A stretch of DNA of 64,000 nucleotides. Origin: the human T2T-CHM13v2.0 reference genome, Homo sapiens. A model generated the notes under the pieces. That model searched no databases and was not told where the DNA came from. It was given only the letters and a program-made list of their open reading frames with translations. The stretch lies in NCBI RefSeq assembly GCF_009914755.1, contig NC_060940.1; one strand, given 5' to 3'. The translations under genes were made by a program, and so were the position numbers. Below, one piece after another: positions 60,031 to 64,000 of the stretch. The first letter of the stretch is position 1. The number at the start of each line of letters is the position of its first letter.

Positions 60031-60364
60031 TAAAAGTTACTCTGTAAAGTAGTATAATGGACCCCCGGTGCCCATCCATCATCACCAGCTTCAATTCCAT
60101 CTCATTGCATCTGCTCCTACAAACACACATGTAAACATGTGCACACACACTTTTGCTGTTATTGTTTACCTGTTTTGCTGGAGTTGAACTCAGACATCAT
60201 ATCATTTCTACTGTCAGTACTTCACTGTGTTTCTCTAGGAGATAAAGATAAGGGGATAAAGATAACACAATTATATTACCATTAATAAAAGTCTTAATAC
60301 CCCCTAATACCCAGCCATATTCAATTTTCCCTGATTGTCTCAAAAATGGCTTTGTACAGGTGGG

Positions 60365-60722
<358 letters not shown>

Positions 60723-61189
60723 TAATCATGATCCAAACAAGGTCATCATACTTCATTTAGCAATATGTCTCTTAAGTCTCTTAAGTATATATAACAATTT
60801 GTCCTCCTTTTAAAAATGACATTTGTTCTTTGAAGACGTTGGACTATTTGTCCTACAGAATTTCTCCCATTCTGTGTTTGGCTGTGGTGTTATTTAACAT
60901 CTTGACTTGTTCCCCACCATGTTTAGTGTGAGTTGGTAGTGTGATCCAGGAGTTTGATTTTATTTTATTCAAGTCCAACTCTAGTGGCTCCTCGCACACT
61001 CTTCCTAAACATCTTTGTTCTCCTTTTTCTCTTTTTCAATATTTACTCAATATTCTCAGAAAACTCAGTCTCCCTCTCTGCCTGTTCATTAAATGTGTTG
61101 GAAAAAAAAAAAAGACCTTGGTAATGGGTAATTATAGTAGACGAACTAGAGATAAAACTTGAATGTGGAATGGAAAACTCTATTTTTGC

Positions 61190-61480
61190 TTTTATTAGTT
61201 TTAATTAATAATAATAACTGTACATACCTATGGGATACTGTGTGATATTTCAATACATATATACAATACATAATGATCAAATCCACATAATTAGCATATC
61301 CATCGCCTCAAACATTTATCATTTCTTTGTGCTGGGAACATTCAAAATCCACTCTTCTAGCTATTCAAAATACAATAAATTATTGTTAATTATAGTCATT
61401 CTATTATGCTTTAGAATGCTAGAACTCAGTCCTGCTATCTAGTTCTCCTTTTGTATCCATTAACCAAATTTTGGCTCTCT
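61190..61480 (-). mobile_element. L1MA-like 3' end
   Basis: gtacatacctatgggatac...aatgatcaaatc...tttatcatttctttgtgctgggaacattcaaaatcc. Confidence 0.8.
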
Positions 61481-62085
61481 CTGTATTTTGTTTTTAATGA
61501 CCATAGTTTTAAGAGATCAAGTTTTAAAGCCCTTAGACATTCCCAGGAGGCCTCCTCCATAACATCTTCAATAAACTCCTAATTCTCCAATGGCTATCTA
61601 TTCAGCAAATATTTATCGAGGTTTTACTGGTTATGTGCCAGGTATCATTCTGGGGATAGAGCAGTGAATAAAATAGACAAAAAATATTTACATTTATAGA
61701 ACTTGCATTATATTGTAATTAATTTCTCTCACATTATACCTGCTGTCTTAATAAAGAGAATGAAATGGAAGAAATTTTTTATTTGGTATTTGCTAATATT
61801 GTAATTGTTTTGTTGCACTGACATATACATATAACAAAATTGCTCCATTATGGAAAAACTGATTTTCATTTCCAGGTAGTGACTTAACCACCACTTAAGA
61901 TGCTAATTCACTTGGAAATAGCATTCTGGGGTGCAAAATTAATTTCCAAATTAACTTTGGAAGATGACTGTAAGTTTTATAAAATTATGGAAGTTTATGA
62001 AAAACTAACACTTTTTAACAGCTAAATAAATTATCAAGGTAGGCTTAAATGTAAAAAATGAAATCAGACAGTATTAGAAAAATTA

Positions 62086-62414
<329 letters not shown>

Positions 62415-62732
62415 TTAGAGTTGAAAACCCTAGACTAGGCCCTTCAGCACTGGAATCAGATCTAAGTGTATTAGAACAGAAATTTACCAATTAGTTTTCT
62501 TCTGATTCCAAGATGATCCTTTGAAATAATTTATCCTCAGGATTTGGCTTACTCACAGAGAACATCCATTTCCTACAGTAAGGTGACTCTCAAATAAAAT
62601 GAAAGTGAGCTACAGGAATCTAACAACCCCTCAAAAATCTTCCGGAATCTAATCAACACCAAATAGGAGGAAGGGCCATTGGTCAGTTCATTTGCAGAGA
62701 TTTTATTACATATCTTTGTCCTACAAGTTTCA

Positions 62733-63045
<313 letters not shown>

Positions 63046-63310
63046 GAAGTTTCAGACCAAAGTGCCACCTTGGTTTTTAGTTCTTTGTTCTGAGCTAAGC
63101 ATATTAGCTTTTATTTTTATACGTTCTTGTTGTTTATCTTCTACATTTCTTTTTCATGCTCCCATCTTGTGGAAGATCCCTCTTGTGCAGATTTGGATGC
63201 TAGACCTGCAAGCGAGAGAGTGAGTGGCTCCTTGAAGATATTGGCAGTCCATGGAGAGTTAGCATGTGTGGAGTTTGGGCTCTAGTGCCTTGTTTTCTAA
63301 AGATGGTGTT

Positions 63311-63736
63311 TGGTATAGTTTGGATATGTGTCCCTGCCCAAATCTCATGTTGAAATGTAATCCCCAGTGGTGGAGGTGGGGCCTGGTGGGAGGTGACTGG
63401 ATCATAGGGGCGGAGTTCTCATGAATGATTTAGCACTATGCCCTTGGTGCTGTCCTTGTGATAGTGAGTGAGTCTTCCTGAGATCTGGTTGTTTAAAAGG
63501 ATGTGGCTCCTCCCCGCTCTCTCTCTTGGTCCTGCTCCTGCCATGTGATGTGACTGCTTCCCCTTCAACTTTGGCCATAATTGTAAGTTTCCTGAGGCCT
63601 CCCCAGAAGCTGAGCAGATGCCAGCATCATGCTTCCTGTACAGCCTGCAGAACCATGAGCCAATTAAACCTCTTTTCTGTATAAATTACCCAGTCTCAGC
63701 TATTTCTTTATAGCAAGGTGAGAACAGCCCAACGCA
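63311..63736 (+). mobile_element. MSTB-like MaLR solo LTR
   Basis: tggtatagtttggatatgtgtccc...gagcagatgccagcatcatgcttcctgtacagcctgcagaaccatgagccaattaaacc. Confidence 0.88.
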
Positions 63737-64000
63737 GTGTGCCAGCACTGTTCTCTTCCCCTCTTTTCACTCCGCACACAAAAGTTCTGCAATTCTGTGA
63801 ATTTACTGTGTTTTTGTTCAAGTGTCTTAGCAACTTCATTCAGAATTTCAACATGCCATTTTAATCTGCTTCTCCCTCCCAAGCCTGTTACCTTGAAGTA
63901 GTAATTAACTGTCCTCATGCTTTTTCTTATTTTACTTGCTTGTCATTGATGGTGTTCTGAGCTACTCTTCCCTTGAGCTTCTTTGTTCATTCCTGAGGTC

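Overview
Human (primate) euchromatic DNA, rich in Alu, L1, L2, MIR and LTR repeats. It contains two tandem, minus-strand, paralogous KRAB C2H2 zinc-finger genes, which I recognise from their proteins as ZNF23 (KOX16) and ZNF19 (KOX12) on chr16q22. Both CDSs can be assembled from GT-AG sites. ZNF23 = 22020-21988 + 19392-19266 + 18574-18467 + 15109-13317 (2061 nt, 686 aa, 16 intact fingers). ZNF19 = 47332-47300 + 44223-44097 + 43559-43446 + 41490-40388 (1377 nt, 458 aa, 9 intact fingers plus 1 degenerate). A CpG island at about 6.65-7.35 kb with a minus-strand donor is probably the first non-coding exon of the neighbouring gene (TLE7 by recalled synteny; none of its coding sequence is visible). 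There are no rRNA, tRNA or CRISPR features, and I see no evidence of a wholly new gene family or system. The most interesting unannotated structure is regulatory and evolutionary. (1) One ETS/half-CRE cassette (CGGAAGTGCGTCA) recurs at three CpG-rich sites for two genes, twice exactly 29 nt from a splice donor. (2) Fossil zinc fingers lie behind both stop codons, including a candidate poly(A) signal that falls in a fossil finger helix. (3) Several splice features could produce KRAB-altered isoforms: a strong in-frame cryptic donor in the ZNF23 KRAB-B exon, conserved frameshifting acceptors, inverted Alus around the ATG exon, and phase-compatible read-through. (4) There is a divergent spliced-transcript signature at the ZNF23 promoter and a divergent CTCF pair near 6-7 kb. 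Repeat subfamily names are by-eye calls and their boundaries are approximate.
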